Source of the DNA: an uncultured Candidatus Saccharibacteria bacterium
GTDB taxonomy: Bacteria; Patescibacteriota; CPR2; UBA1875; CAIMLA01
Length of the DNA: 64,000 nucleotides
Assembly: GCA_964594415.1 (NCBI GenBank)
Contig: CAZQLQ010000005.1
Coordinates: 96 to 64,095, forward strand
Direction of reading: 5' to 3'
Shown: positions 47,570 through 57,874 of the stretch, piece after piece
Position numbering within the stretch: the stretch's first letter is position 1
How the letters are laid out: each line of letters starts with the position of its first letter
The notes under the pieces: model-generated
The model's database searches: none
What the model was told of the DNA's origin: nothing
Seen by the model: only the letters and a program-made list of their open reading frames with translations
Program-made: the position numbers and the translations under genes

Positions 47570-47743
47570 TTACTCCTCTTCTCCGTCTTCGTCAGACTCT
47601 TCCTCTATTTCGTCATCTTCTTCGTCAGACTCATCTTCTTCATCTAACTCTTCTTCATCTTCATCGATCTCTTCTACGTCTACGTCTTGTTCTACTTCTT
47701 CAGTTTCCATGTCCTCTTGTTTTTCTAATTCTTCGTCTGGCAT
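47570..47743 (-). CDS. 57-aa ultra-acidic microprotein (not in the ORF track)
   Basis: AGAAAGGAG RBS; [57 protein letters not shown] (40/57 D+E). Confidence 0.7.
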   Translation of the reverse strand: MPDEELEKQEDMETEEVEQDVDVEEIDEDEEELDEEDESDEEDDEIEEESDEDGEEE

Positions 47744-47797
47744 AATACTCCTTTCTGCTTGTTAGCATTGCCTTTTGGCATTAATTAATATACTTTC

Positions 47798-47881
47798 TTA
47801 TTCTTTTTCGGCAAACTCGTCTTTGGTTTGCTCCTCGGTTGACTCTTCGTCATCGTTATCTATTTTTTCTTCTTCTGCCAA
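47798..47881 (-). CDS. 27-aa acidic microprotein (not in the ORF track)
   Basis: AGAAAGGAGG RBS with TTG start; MAEEEKIDNDDEESTEEQTKDEFAEKE (14/27 D+E). Confidence 0.6.
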   Translation of the reverse strand: MAEEEKIDNDDEESTEEQTKDEFAEKE

Positions 47882-47932
47882 GCTTGCCTCCTTTCTTTTT
47901 ATTATTAAATAAAAAACTGAAAATTCTCTTAA

Positions 47933-48454
47933 TTATTTTTGATTCTTGATCGCGTTTAATACATTTAATAGATTTCTGGTATTGCCTGATAAAACATTGA
48001 CAAGCCCAGACAGCGGTGATGCGATTGAGCCGACAATCTTTGCATAAAGATCTTCTTTAGAAGGAAGCTTGGCTAAAGACTTGACCATAATATCGCTAAT
48101 TTCTTTGCCTTCTAACACGCCACCGATAATTTCTAATTTATCGTTCTTTTTTGCAAATTCGTATGAAATTTTTGCAGGCGCAACTTCATCAGCAGTTCCG
48201 AAGGCAACAGCTACGGGGTGCCCCTTCACTGCCGTTTCGTTAATTTCAATACCAGCTTCTTTTGCAGCTATTTTAAAGAGCGTGTTTTTTATTACTTTAA
48301 ACTCGATTCCTTCTTTTCTGAGATTATTTCTAAGTTCATCTAGTTCCTCAACGCTAAGACCCCTATAGTCGGTAAATACCGCTGACTTGGAAGTCCTAAG
48401 CTTTTCTACAAGCTCTGCTACTAATTCTTCTTTTTTAACTTTTGTGATTGCCAT
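47933..48454 (-). CDS. rplJ: 50S ribosomal protein uL10
   Basis: DYRGLSV..L.ELR, VIKNTL, LPSKEDLYA. Confidence 0.98.
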   Translation of the reverse strand: MAITKVKKEELVAELVEKLRTSKSAVFTDYRGLSVEELDELRNNLRKEGIEFKVIKNTLFKIAAKEAGIEINETAVKGHPVAVAFGTADEVAPAKISYEFAKKNDKLEIIGGVLEGKEISDIMVKSLAKLPSKEDLYAKIVGSIASPLSGLVNVLSGNTRNLLNVLNAIKNQK

Positions 48455-48475
48455 GACTGTACTCCTACGTTTTAT

Positions 48476-48575
48476 TAAAAAAATCTTCGCGTAACCGAAG
48501 ATTAAAATAACTAAATTACTTTATCCTCGGTAGCAAATTAAGTCTAGTTGTGCTGACAGCTACTGTCTACGGAAT
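48476..48575 (-). promoter_or_regulatory. L10 leader (rplJL autoregulatory RNA) with attenuator
   Basis: CCGTAGACAGTAG...TTAA...CTACCGAGG core as in Firmicute L10 leaders, then hairpin AATCTTCG..CGAAGATT plus T-tract. Confidence 0.85.
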
Positions 48576-48613
48576 ATTTTATTTACAGAAATTCTCTATT
48601 TCTTGACTACAAC

Positions 48614-48642
48614 AATTTATCAAAAATTTAATCTAAAGTCAA
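48614..48642 (-). promoter_or_regulatory. rplJL promoter
   Basis: TTGACT, 17-nt spacer, TGnTAAATT. Confidence 0.65.
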
Positions 48643-48659
48643 TACTTTTAATCCTGTTA

Positions 48660-49880
48660 TTATTTAATTCCCGGAACTGGGTATTTTTCGCAAATCTTAA
48701 AAACATCTTCTCTGATTTCGCTATAAACTTCTTCACTCCCGATATTTTTAAGAGTTTTTACAATTAGTTTGGCAATTTTTGTAACATCCTCCTCCTTGAA
48801 ACCGCGAGAAGTAATAGCAGCAGTCCCAATTCTTATACCGCTGGTAACAAATGGGCTTTCTGGGTCATTTGGGATAGCATTTTTATTGACCGTAATTCCT
48901 ACCTTGTCGAGTTCTTCTTCGGCAACTTTTCCGGTTGTTTTTAGTTTTCTAAGATCTAATAAAATCAAATGATTATCACTACCACCAGAAACCATATCAA
49001 TATTTTCGTCATTAAAAACCTTTTCCATTGCCTTTATGTTTATAAGTATGTTTTTGGCATAAGTTTTGAATTCGGGTCTGAGAGCTTCGCCAAAGGCAAC
49101 AGCTTTAGCTGCAATAACATGTTCAAGGGGCCCGCCCTGGATGCCTGGGAATACCGCTTTATCTATCTGTTTTGCGTATTCGTCTTTACAAAAAATTACT
49201 CCTCCCCTAGGTCCCCTCAGAGTCTTATGTGTCGTTGTGGTAACTATATCAGCATAAGGAATCGGTGATTCATGCAAACCAGTGGCGACCAACCCTGCTA
49301 TGTGAGCCATATCAACCATTAATTTTGCGCCTACCAAATCAGCGATTTGCTTAAACCTCTTAAAATCAATTACTCTTGGATAAGCGCTTGCTCCTGCCAC
49401 AATCAGCTTTGGTCTGTGCTCTTTTGCAAGTTTTTCCAAATTAGTATAGTCAATCCTTCCATCGTTTCCAAGGCCATACGAAACAAAGTTATATAACTTT
49501 CCCGAAAAGTTAACAGCGCTTCCATGAGTAAGATGGCCACCTTGATCTAAAGATTGGCCCAAAACAGTATCCCCTGGCTCAAGAAGGGCGAAATAAACTG
49601 CCATATTTGCTTGAGCTCCGCTATGTGGCTGAACATTAACATGATCCGCTCCGAAAAGCTTCTTAGCCCTTTCAATAGCAATTGTTTCAATTGCATCTAC
49701 ATTTGTGCAACCGCCGTAATAACGATGATAAGGAGTTCCTTCCGCATATTTATTTGTAAGGATTGAACCGGTAGCTAAAAGTACTTCCTCTGAAACATAG
49801 TTTTCGCTCGCAATGAGTTCAATTCCATTTTTTTGTCTTTGCTTCTCTTTTTCTATTAGATTAAAAACTTCCTTATCCAT
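48660..49880 (-). CDS. glyA: Serine hydroxymethyltransferase
   Basis: [33 protein letters not shown]. Confidence 0.99.
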   Translation of the reverse strand: MDKEVFNLIEKEKQRQKNGIELIASENYVSEEVLLATGSILTNKYAEGTPYHRYYGGCTNVDAIETIAIERAKKLFGADHVNVQPHSGAQANMAVYFALLEPGDTVLGQSLDQGGHLTHGSAVNFSGKLYNFVSYGLGNDGRIDYTNLEKLAKEHRPKLIVAGASAYPRVIDFKRFKQIADLVGAKLMVDMAHIAGLVATGLHESPIPYADIVTTTTHKTLRGPRGGVIFCKDEYAKQIDKAVFPGIQGGPLEHVIAAKAVAFGEALRPEFKTYAKNILINIKAMEKVFNDENIDMVSGGSDNHLILLDLRKLKTTGKVAEEELDKVGITVNKNAIPNDPESPFVTSGIRIGTAAITSRGFKEEDVTKIAKLIVKTLKNIGSEEVYSEIREDVFKICEKYPVPGIK

Positions 49881-50722
49881 TATTCACCTCTTAAATTTGT
49901 TAATTTATAAGCCTTTAGAACATTTGATAGTAGCATAGCAACGGTCATTGGTCCTACTCCGCCTGGATTTGGCGTGATGAATGAGGCATTTTTGGCAACG
50001 TTTTCAAAATCAACGTCTCCAGCTACCCTGCCATCAATAAATGATGTGCCGACATCTATTACAACAGCGTTTTTGCTCACCATCCCCTTCTTTATTAGTT
50101 TTGCCTGACCGGTAGCAGAGATGATAATCTCAGCGTTTTGGGCTAATTCTTTGAGATTTCTTGTCTTTGAATTTGCTATCGTAACCGTAGCTTTTTCTCT
50201 AAGTAAAAGTAGGGCCAATGGCTTTCCTACCAGATTACTTTGACCGACTACGAGCACTCTTTTTGACACAAGAGGCACCTGGTAGTACCTCAAAAGGTTT
50301 ATTATTCCTTCGGGCGTAGCAGGGCAAAGCCCATCGAGTCCTTTTGCTAGTTTACCGAGATTTGTCGAACTCAAACCGTCAACATCTTTGTTAGGGGAAA
50401 TGCTTTCGAGTATATTATTTGTATCAATTTCCTGAGGAAGAGGTAACTGCATAATTATACCGGTTATTTTCGGATCTTGATTCAGTCTTGCTATTACATC
50501 AATAATTTTCTTTTCAGATACACTTTCTTTAAATTTTATAACCTTAAAGCCGATGCCAACTTTTTTGCACGCTTGTTTTTTGATATTGATGTACTTCAAG
50601 CTAGAATCATCATTGCCAACAACAACTACAGCAAGTGTTAGCTTAAGCTTTTCTTGCTTAATCTCCTTGCCTAGTTCTTCCTTGATAATTAAAGCTAGTT
50701 CTCTGCCTGACATCAGTACCAT
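49880..50722 (-). CDS. folD: Methylene-THF dehydrogenase/cyclohydrolase
   Basis: Y...[23 protein letters not shown]; start moved to ATG 50722. Confidence 0.96.
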   Translation of the reverse strand: MVLMSGRELALIIKEELGKEIKQEKLKLTLAVVVVGNDDSSLKYINIKKQACKKVGIGFKVIKFKESVSEKKIIDVIARLNQDPKITGIIMQLPLPQEIDTNNILESISPNKDVDGLSSTNLGKLAKGLDGLCPATPEGIINLLRYYQVPLVSKRVLVVGQSNLVGKPLALLLLREKATVTIANSKTRNLKELAQNAEIIISATGQAKLIKKGMVSKNAVVIDVGTSFIDGRVAGDVDFENVAKNASFITPNPGGVGPMTVAMLLSNVLKAYKLTNLRGE

Positions 50723-50723
50723 T

Positions 50724-51212
50724 TTATTTCTCCAAAGTAACATATTTGTAAGCGTAATTATTTGTTTTTTGTAATTTCGATTCCTCAATAACCTTATTAA
50801 ATTCTTTAAAATCTGGGAAAAAAGTGTCAGCCTCGTATTTTCCTTCTACGAGAGTTAAATATAATCTATTTGCTAACTTTATTGACTCTCTATAAACCAT
50901 GCCCCCGCCAATAATGAATATCTCTTCTTGATCAATTTTACCTGCATATTCAATTGCTTCTTCTAGCGAATTAACAACTGTGCAGCCTTCGATCTCAATA
51001 TTTTCTTGTGATAGGACAACGTTCATTCTGTCTGGCAAGGGTCTTCCAATAGAATTATAAGTGTTTAGGCCCATGATTATCGGGTGTCCGCTCGTGATTT
51101 TTTTAAAACGTTTCAGATCCTCTGGTATATTCCAAAGCAGTTTATTGTCTTTGCCAATCGCATTATTATCTTTTGCTACAGCACAAATTATGCTAATTCT
51201 TGGTTTTTCCAT
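50724..51212 (-). CDS. folA: Dihydrofolate reductase
   Basis: [33 protein letters not shown]; start at ATG 51212. Confidence 0.96.
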   Translation of the reverse strand: MEKPRISIICAVAKDNNAIGKDNKLLWNIPEDLKRFKKITSGHPIIMGLNTYNSIGRPLPDRMNVVLSQENIEIEGCTVVNSLEEAIEYAGKIDQEEIFIIGGGMVYRESIKLANRLYLTLVEGKYEADTFFPDFKEFNKVIEESKLQKTNNYAYKYVTLEK

Positions 51213-52248
51213 AGTCGGCACACTTGGGAAGCTTTTTCTCTGTAAAACCACCAATATTTGCAATCTCTGCTTTTATTGCAGGATGCGGATCGTAGCCTTC
51301 TAGAGTAAAGTCTTCGAATTTAAAGTCATCAATATTTTTTACACTTGGGTTAATTTTCATAACTGGCATAGGTCTTGGTTCGCGAGCAAGCTGTTCGTTT
51401 ACGGCATCAAAGTGATTACTATAAATATGAACATCACCAAAAAAATGGACAAATTCACCTGCTTTGAGACCTGTTACCTGAGCCACCATTAGTAATAAAA
51501 GCGCGTAGCTTGTAATATTGAATGGTACTCCCAGGAATGAGTCTGCGCTTCGTTGATATAGACCAAGATTCAACTTATTGCCTTCAGTGACTGCAAATTG
51601 AAATGTGGTATGACAAAAAGGCGGAACTTCATTTTTATTTTTCTCAGAAGCCATTGCGTAGATGAAATCAGGGTTCCAAGCAGAAACTACATACGATTTC
51701 CTGAAAGGGTCAGTCTTCAGTCCCTCAATAACCCATCCTAACTGATCGATTTCCCTGCCGTCGGAGGCTGGCCACCTGCGCCACATTCTTCCATAAATAG
51801 TTATGAGATCTCCCCACTTTTTTACAAACTCATCATCTTCCGGTAATTCTGCAATTTTTGCAATAAATTCATCCTGTGTCAGATCTTTTTCGGGTTCGTT
51901 TTTGACGCAATACTTGTGATACATTTTCCAAGCCCATTCATCCCAGATATGCACTCCGTTGTCAACCAGATATTTGATATTTGAATCGCCTTTTAAAAAC
52001 CAAAGAAGTTCGTAAATAATACCTTTAGTAAAAACTTTTTTTGTAGTAAGGATGGGGAAACCCTCGGACAAATCAAACCGCATCTCTCTACCGAAAACTG
52101 AACGAATAGATGGAGGCTCCTCCCCTCTGTCTTTATATTGTTGTTTTATTTCAGGTGTAAAAAAAACTTCTTTGTCCGATCCATTTTCCAGGATATCCTT
52201 GATTAAATTCAGGTATTGGACATCTACATGTTTTTTACTGACCGCCAT
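51193..52248 (-). CDS. thyA: Thymidylate synthase
   Basis: [37 protein letters not shown]. Confidence 0.97.
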   Translation of the reverse strand: MAVSKKHVDVQYLNLIKDILENGSDKEVFFTPEIKQQYKDRGEEPPSIRSVFGREMRFDLSEGFPILTTKKVFTKGIIYELLWFLKGDSNIKYLVDNGVHIWDEWAWKMYHKYCVKNEPEKDLTQDEFIAKIAELPEDDEFVKKWGDLITIYGRMWRRWPASDGREIDQLGWVIEGLKTDPFRKSYVVSAWNPDFIYAMASEKNKNEVPPFCHTTFQFAVTEGNKLNLGLYQRSADSFLGVPFNITSYALLLLMVAQVTGLKAGEFVHFFGDVHIYSNHFDAVNEQLAREPRPMPVMKINPSVKNIDDFKFEDFTLEGYDPHPAIKAEIANIGGFTEKKLPKCADYGKTKN

Positions 52249-52265
52249 ATTTACCTCCTAAAAAA

Positions 52266-52805
52266 TTAAATTTGTGTCTCTTTTCCTTCAGTAGTTACCC
52301 TACCGCCTTGCCATTGTCCTCTATATAGATTCGTTTCACCATTAACTTCATGAAAGACCACATGGCAGACCCTAGCGCCTAATTCAAGTTTTACCTCACA
52401 TGGACCTACGTTTGCAATAGCAAACGTTAACTCTCCGCTATATCCCGACCCACCAAAAGAAGATCTGAAAAAAATTCCCATCCGTTGAAGGGTTGTTCTG
52501 GGTTTAAACTCCGCGATTAAATTATCGGGGATGTTAACCTTTTCGATGGTTTTAAATAAATAAAAATCCCCGGGCTTAATAATGTGAGTAGTTATTTTGC
52601 CTTCTTCGTATTTTGCAACACTATTTATATCGCAAGTTTTTCTCTCTTTCTCGCCCAGGTAGCCTTCGCCAGAAAGCGTAAAGATTTCACCTACTCTAAG
52701 ATCAAAACCTGTTCCTTCCGGATTTGTCAGTTCTCTTTCACATAGATTTTCTACTAAATTGTTTTTCTCAACTAATTCGTGTAATTTATCAACGCCTAAA
52801 ATCAT
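52266..52805 (-). CDS. dCTP deaminase/dUTPase superfamily protein
   Basis: GFDLRVG, PRTTLQR.G, GY.G.LT, YRGQWQ. Confidence 0.85.
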   Translation of the reverse strand: MILGVDKLHELVEKNNLVENLCERELTNPEGTGFDLRVGEIFTLSGEGYLGEKERKTCDINSVAKYEEGKITTHIIKPGDFYLFKTIEKVNIPDNLIAEFKPRTTLQRMGIFFRSSFGGSGYSGELTFAIANVGPCEVKLELGARVCHVVFHEVNGETNLYRGQWQGGRVTTEGKETQI

Positions 52806-52807
52806 TC

Positions 52808-53476
52808 TTACCTCTTAATTATTTTTTCCATATTAATATTTTCAACCCTTCCCGTAGGCTCTCCGTTTGGTTTTAATTCTCTTCTCCATGAAGTAATTCC
52901 CAGTAAAGAGAATAAGGTTTTGTTTATTGCGACGTCGCTTAATTCAACTTTTTCAATTTCTATACCAGCTTCGCTTAAAGCTTCTTCCCAGTGTTTATCT
53001 CGCGCAGCGTCAACTGAGGTATATTCATATTCGTAATAAACTTTTTTATTGACTGCCTGTACTAACAGTTTTGTGCATACATAACAAGGATAAAGAGTTA
53101 CATAAATCTCCGCGCCGTCAACACTAATTCCCATTTTTGCCGCTTGCGCAATTGCATTTGCTTCGGCGTGTGCCGATCTGCAGTTATCATATTTCCCGGC
53201 GTCAGAAGCCCCTATTCTCCTTCTATAGCAGGAACCTTCGTCGCTACAATGCGCCAACCCAGACATGGAACCGCAATAACCAGTCGAAAGAACTTGCTTG
53301 TCGCGAACTATTACTGCACCGGTTGGCCTAGTAAGACAAGTTGCTCTTGTAGCTGCAATTTTGGCTAGAATCATAAAATATTCCTTCCAGCTCGGCCGAT
53401 CAATAACCGCAGTCTTAAAATCTTCCGGAGTTTTTACTAAAGCCTCTAGTATCTCCTTTTTGTTGATATTTTTCAC
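52808..53476 (-). CDS. dCMP deaminase (ComEB family)
   Basis: RPSWKEYFM..A..RATC, HAEANA, PCYVC. Confidence 0.92.
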   Translation of the reverse strand: MKNINKKEILEALVKTPEDFKTAVIDRPSWKEYFMILAKIAATRATCLTRPTGAVIVRDKQVLSTGYCGSMSGLAHCSDEGSCYRRRIGASDAGKYDNCRSAHAEANAIAQAAKMGISVDGAEIYVTLYPCYVCTKLLVQAVNKKVYYEYEYTSVDAARDKHWEEALSEAGIEIEKVELSDVAINKTLFSLLGITSWRRELKPNGEPTGRVENINMEKIIKR

Positions 53477-53544
53477 AATACACCTCTAAATTACTACTTG
53501 CTTTGGTAATTTTACTCTTTTTCGTATAATAAAAAAAGATTGAA

Positions 53545-55476
53545 TTATTTTGAAAAATAGTATTGATATATTTCGTTTGCAACGGGAACAGCATACACAT
53601 CGCCACCGCCAGCACCTTCAAGAATTATCGCCATTGCGATCGTAGGATTATCGTAGGGCGCAAAAGTAATAAACCAAGCATGGGATTTCGAGTTATTCGG
53701 CCCATATTGTGCAGTCCCTGTTTTTCCAGCCACGGCTATGGGCAACGCGTTAAGGGTTCTTGCGCTTCCGCTAGTAACGGTTTGCCTCATCCCCCGCTTA
53801 ACAATATCAATTGTTTTTGAAGAAATAAAATTAGCTGCCTCAATTACCGGAGAAAAAATCTCCTTAACCTTGTTATTTCCGTCAAGAATACTATTAACTA
53901 AGTGTGGCCTGTATAAAGTCCCGCCATTTGCAATAGCTGCTACGGCATTTGCCATCTGAAGCGGCGTTACTAGAATATCTCCCTGACCGATTGCCATATG
54001 ATAAGTATCTCCCAGATACCAATCTTCTCCAAAATTCTCAAGCTTCCAAGCAGGATCTGGGATTGAGCCTTCTAGTTCACCATTTATATCAACATCTGTA
54101 TAATCGCCAAAACCAAATTTCTCCAAGTAGTTCTTCATTTTTTCAGGACCCAAACCCTTGATATTTTCATAACCGCCACCTATTGCATAAAAAAAAGTAT
54201 TGACTGATTCAGCAATTGCTTTAAGTACATTAGTAACTCCGTGCCCGCCGCTTTTCCAATCAGGGAAATTAAACTCTCCTACCTTTATACCGCCTGTAGA
54301 GTTAACAGTAGTGCTTTCTGTTATATTTCCTTCCTCCAGGGCTGCAGCTGCAATAAAGGGCTTTATTGTTGAGCCTGATGGATACAGTCCGGCAATTGCC
54401 CGAAAAGACAGCGGATCGTTTTCGTCATTTAACAACTTTTGGTATTCGGCATCCGAGATACCTTTTGCGAAAAGATTGTTATCATAACTAGGATAGCTTA
54501 CAATAGCCAAAATTTCACCATTTTGGGGATTTATAGCAACAACGCTTCCTTTGTTTACATTTGCCTTGTCCATATACTTCTTAAGACTAGTTGCCACAAC
54601 TTTCTCCAAATCAAGATCAATCGTAAGCTTCAGGTTGTCTCCCGGAATAGGCGTAGTAGTTTTCAAAACCTTTTCTGTTTGACCAATAGCATTTACCTCA
54701 ATATCTTCACTGCCTGTTACCCCCCTAAGTTGTCTTTCATAGTAGCTCTCAAGACCAGTTTTGCCGATATAATCAGTTAGTGAATAATCATTGTTCTTAG
54801 CAAGCTCTTCCTCGGATATTCTTCCTACGTAGCCAAAAACGTGGGCCAGTAATCCACCGTCAAGGTATTCCCTGATGGGATTGACTTCGATTTGGACGCC
54901 TTCTAACTTTTTGATCTCTGATTCAATAATTAACGATTTCTCCTGGTCAATATTACTAGCTACAACGACTGGTAGTGTGGAGTGTTCACCTTTTTCCCTT
55001 ATTTTTCTGTCTATCTCATCGGTGCTAATACTCAAAATACTAGATATTTCCTGAATAATGACCTTCTTTTCAACCGGATCCAGGGGTAATTCGCTAGGTA
55101 TTATAACAACATCATAATTTGGAACGTTTTTTACTAAGGCAGTGTTGTTAGAATCAATCACAATCCCTCTAGGTGCTCTAACAATATTTTTCTTTACACG
55201 ATTTCCTTCAGCTAGGCTAAGATTAGCATCACCATTTATTATTTGTAGATTGTATAACCTACCGACAAGAATAATTAGAAAAAGAGTACATAGAGCAAAA
55301 ATAATGGTAAACATTTTGGGATTTCTATCAGCCTCAATATTTGGCACCTCGGCATCAGCCGGTAGTAGGCTGTTAAGCCATTTCTCGCTTTGAAGGGTTG
55401 GACTAGTAGGAACATGCCACCTCTTGTCGTCACCCTCCAGATAAAGTAATTTTTTAAAAATATTTTTATTTTTCAC
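53545..55476 (-). CDS. mrdA: Penicillin-binding protein 2
   Basis: APRG, R.Y, G..GLE, STIK, SVN, KTG; follows mreBCD. Confidence 0.95.
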   Translation of the reverse strand: MKNKNIFKKLLYLEGDDKRWHVPTSPTLQSEKWLNSLLPADAEVPNIEADRNPKMFTIIFALCTLFLIILVGRLYNLQIINGDANLSLAEGNRVKKNIVRAPRGIVIDSNNTALVKNVPNYDVVIIPSELPLDPVEKKVIIQEISSILSISTDEIDRKIREKGEHSTLPVVVASNIDQEKSLIIESEIKKLEGVQIEVNPIREYLDGGLLAHVFGYVGRISEEELAKNNDYSLTDYIGKTGLESYYERQLRGVTGSEDIEVNAIGQTEKVLKTTTPIPGDNLKLTIDLDLEKVVATSLKKYMDKANVNKGSVVAINPQNGEILAIVSYPSYDNNLFAKGISDAEYQKLLNDENDPLSFRAIAGLYPSGSTIKPFIAAAALEEGNITESTTVNSTGGIKVGEFNFPDWKSGGHGVTNVLKAIAESVNTFFYAIGGGYENIKGLGPEKMKNYLEKFGFGDYTDVDINGELEGSIPDPAWKLENFGEDWYLGDTYHMAIGQGDILVTPLQMANAVAAIANGGTLYRPHLVNSILDGNNKVKEIFSPVIEAANFISSKTIDIVKRGMRQTVTSGSARTLNALPIAVAGKTGTAQYGPNNSKSHAWFITFAPYDNPTIAMAIILEGAGGGDVYAVPVANEIYQYYFSK

Positions 55477-55979
55477 TATCTATATCTTTCTTCTATGCTC
55501 TTGTTAAGCCAATCCATATACCTATCTAATATTTTGAACAAAATAAACCCGATCAATAAAGTGAATAGTGTTTTTGATGCAAGTGATAAGAAAAAACCAC
55601 TCCATTCGCTGAATCCATCTCTTTGTAGCATGTAGATCTGAAAAATAAAAGTCAGTACGGTTCCAAAAACTATTAGCCATGTATAAGATGCAATCGACAG
55701 GTAGTTTGTTTTTCTAAAAAATAACGCTCTTGAAATCATTGATATAAATACAAAGGTTGCTACGAATAAGCCTAAATTACTGCCAGTTGAATAGTCAAAG
55801 ATAAGACCGCCCAAAAAAGCAATCCAGTAAGTGAAAAACCATCGAACTCTTATCGATAATAGGATAATAAAGGCCAAAAAAACGTATGGAGTGGCTCCAA
55901 ATACCTTAAAATATGGAAGAAAGCTTATTTCAAAAAAAATTAGAAATATTGAGAGTAGCGAAACTGACACGTAATTCAT
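55476..55979 (-). CDS. mreD: Rod shape-determining protein MreD
   Basis: Hydrophobic; AFLGGLIFD..G..LG; between mreC and mrdA. Confidence 0.82.
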   Translation of the reverse strand: MNYVSVSLLSIFLIFFEISFLPYFKVFGATPYVFLAFIILLSIRVRWFFTYWIAFLGGLIFDYSTGSNLGLFVATFVFISMISRALFFRKTNYLSIASYTWLIVFGTVLTFIFQIYMLQRDGFSEWSGFFLSLASKTLFTLLIGFILFKILDRYMDWLNKSIEERYR

Positions 55980-55983
55980 CTTG

Positions 55984-56775
55984 CTAATCCGTTATTATCA
56001 TTACCCGCTCAAGTCGATCAAAATTTAGAGAAGACCGTACTTTGAGTAATTGAAAAATCGATCCAGACGCTTTTTCAATACCCTCAACCTTGCCGATTAA
56101 CAAGCTTTTGGGATAAGACCCCCCAAGTCCTGAAGTTGCAACATAGTCGCCGATGTTCACTGTTTCGCTTTGTGGGATTTTTTCCAAGATCAGACCGTTA
56201 CCAATCTCGCCATAAACTATTCCTTGAAGGTCTTTAGCAACTAAAGTTGCGGGGATAGCATTTCCGGGGTCTGTGATTAACTGAACTTTAGAAGTATTTT
56301 CAGTAACCGAATAAAGCTTACCAACCAGAAAACCCTCAGAAACAACAACATCTTCGTCTCTTAGCCCATCTCCATAACCTCTATCAATCAAAATTGTATT
56401 ACGTAAATTGTTTGGATCGAAGGATATTATATTTGCAGCTACCAAATTATATTCAGTCGCATTTTTAAAGCCCAAGTCTTTTTTTAGCGATTCGTTCTCT
56501 AGCTTTTGAGCATTAAGTTTAGCATTTTCGCTTAGAGCGATATTAAGTTTTTGTCCTAGTTCATTATTTTCATTTTGCAAGTTTGAAATATTTTTAATAC
56601 TGGAAAAAGAGTTACTTACTTTATACCCCATATTTGACAAGACTATCCCCACAGGAGAAAGAAAACCAGTGATTTTTTTTGAAAGATAATTTGAAGTAGA
56701 TCTATCTATCAAGTAAAGGCCTGAGATAGCGAGTAGAATCAAAAAAATTACATATATATTTTTCTTTTTTTTCAT
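55984..56775 (-). CDS. mreC: Rod shape-determining protein MreC
   Basis: TM helix, coiled coil, IDRG..DG, GFLVG, TSGLGG.YP. Confidence 0.93.
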   Translation of the reverse strand: MKKKKNIYVIFLILLAISGLYLIDRSTSNYLSKKITGFLSPVGIVLSNMGYKVSNSFSSIKNISNLQNENNELGQKLNIALSENAKLNAQKLENESLKKDLGFKNATEYNLVAANIISFDPNNLRNTILIDRGYGDGLRDEDVVVSEGFLVGKLYSVTENTSKVQLITDPGNAIPATLVAKDLQGIVYGEIGNGLILEKIPQSETVNIGDYVATSGLGGSYPKSLLIGKVEGIEKASGSIFQLLKVRSSLNFDRLERVMIITD

Positions 56776-56780
56776 AAAAC

Positions 56781-57836
56781 TTATACTTTTGGAGATTTTT
56801 CGTACTGGGTGGTCATCAAAACTTCCTTGAGAAAGTCTATATCCTCAAGTACTAACCCAGTTCCCCTAACCACGCTCGTTAAAGGATCATCAGCGATATG
56901 AACCGGCATTTTGGTATTTAGACTTATTAGTCTATCCAGTCCTCTAAGCAAAGCACCCCCGCCTGCCAAATAAATACCCTTGTCCATAATATCAGCAACA
57001 AGCTCAGGAGGTGTTTCTTCTACAGTCATTTTAATGGCATCTATAATAGATAGGACTGATTTTGAAAGCGCCTGTCGTATCTGGTCACTATCGATAGTAA
57101 TTGCCTTCGGAAGCCCAGTAACCAAATCTCTACCTCGCATAACGGCTTCTAGCCTCTCTTCCATCGGATAAGCAGAGCCAATTGCAATCTTTATATCTTC
57201 GGCGGTTCTTTCGCCAAGTAAAAGATTGTATTCATCCCTTGCGAATTGGATAATATCTTCATTCAGTTCGTCCCCGGCTATTCTAAGAGATCTGGATGCC
57301 ACTATTCCTCCTAATGAAATAACCGCAACTTCAGTAGTACCGCCACCAATATCTACGATCATAGATCCCGCAGCTTCTTGAATCGCCAATCTAGCCCCTA
57401 TAGCTGCAGCCATAGGCTCCTCTATTAAAAAGGCTTGCCTTGCGCCTGCATTTATAGTTGCGTCCTCTACTGCTCTTTTTTCGACCTCAGTCACTCCCGA
57501 AGGTACGCCAACAACTACTCTCGGTCTCGGCATGAGAGAAAAAGACTCTTTATGCACCTTTTCAATAAAATACTTAAGCATTTGTTCGGTTATCTCAAAA
57601 TCGCTAACCACTCCGTCTACAAGCGGTCTTCTAGCCACTATGTTTGCAGGAGTTCTCCCAACCATGCTTTTTGCCGCCTCTCCAATTGCTAGAATTTGCT
57701 TTGTCTTAACATTCAAAGCAACCACAGAGGGCTCGTTTATAACAATCCCCTTGCCTTTTACATAAACTAGGGTGTTTGCTGTTCCCAGGTCTATGCCTAT
57801 ATCGTGGCTAAAATAACCAAACAGTCTGTTTAACAT
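56781..57836 (-). CDS. mreB: Rod shape-determining protein MreB
   Basis: IDLGTANT, EEPMAAAIGA, DIGGGTTE, GGGALL. Confidence 0.99.
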   Translation of the reverse strand: MLNRLFGYFSHDIGIDLGTANTLVYVKGKGIVINEPSVVALNVKTKQILAIGEAAKSMVGRTPANIVARRPLVDGVVSDFEITEQMLKYFIEKVHKESFSLMPRPRVVVGVPSGVTEVEKRAVEDATINAGARQAFLIEEPMAAAIGARLAIQEAAGSMIVDIGGGTTEVAVISLGGIVASRSLRIAGDELNEDIIQFARDEYNLLLGERTAEDIKIAIGSAYPMEERLEAVMRGRDLVTGLPKAITIDSDQIRQALSKSVLSIIDAIKMTVEETPPELVADIMDKGIYLAGGGALLRGLDRLISLNTKMPVHIADDPLTSVVRGTGLVLEDIDFLKEVLMTTQYEKSPKV

Positions 57837-57874
57837 TTAAACTCCGTAAAAACAATTTTAACAAATTATCAACT

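Noticed and set aside
47254-47745. 163-aa plus-strand ORF rich in Leu/Arg/His/Phe
   Set aside because: Antisense shadow of rplL and the acidic microprotein (reverse complement of GAA/GAT codons)
53415-53621. 68-aa ORF bridging mrdA and the dCMP deaminase gene
   Set aside because: It overlaps both genes out of frame and has no recognisable features
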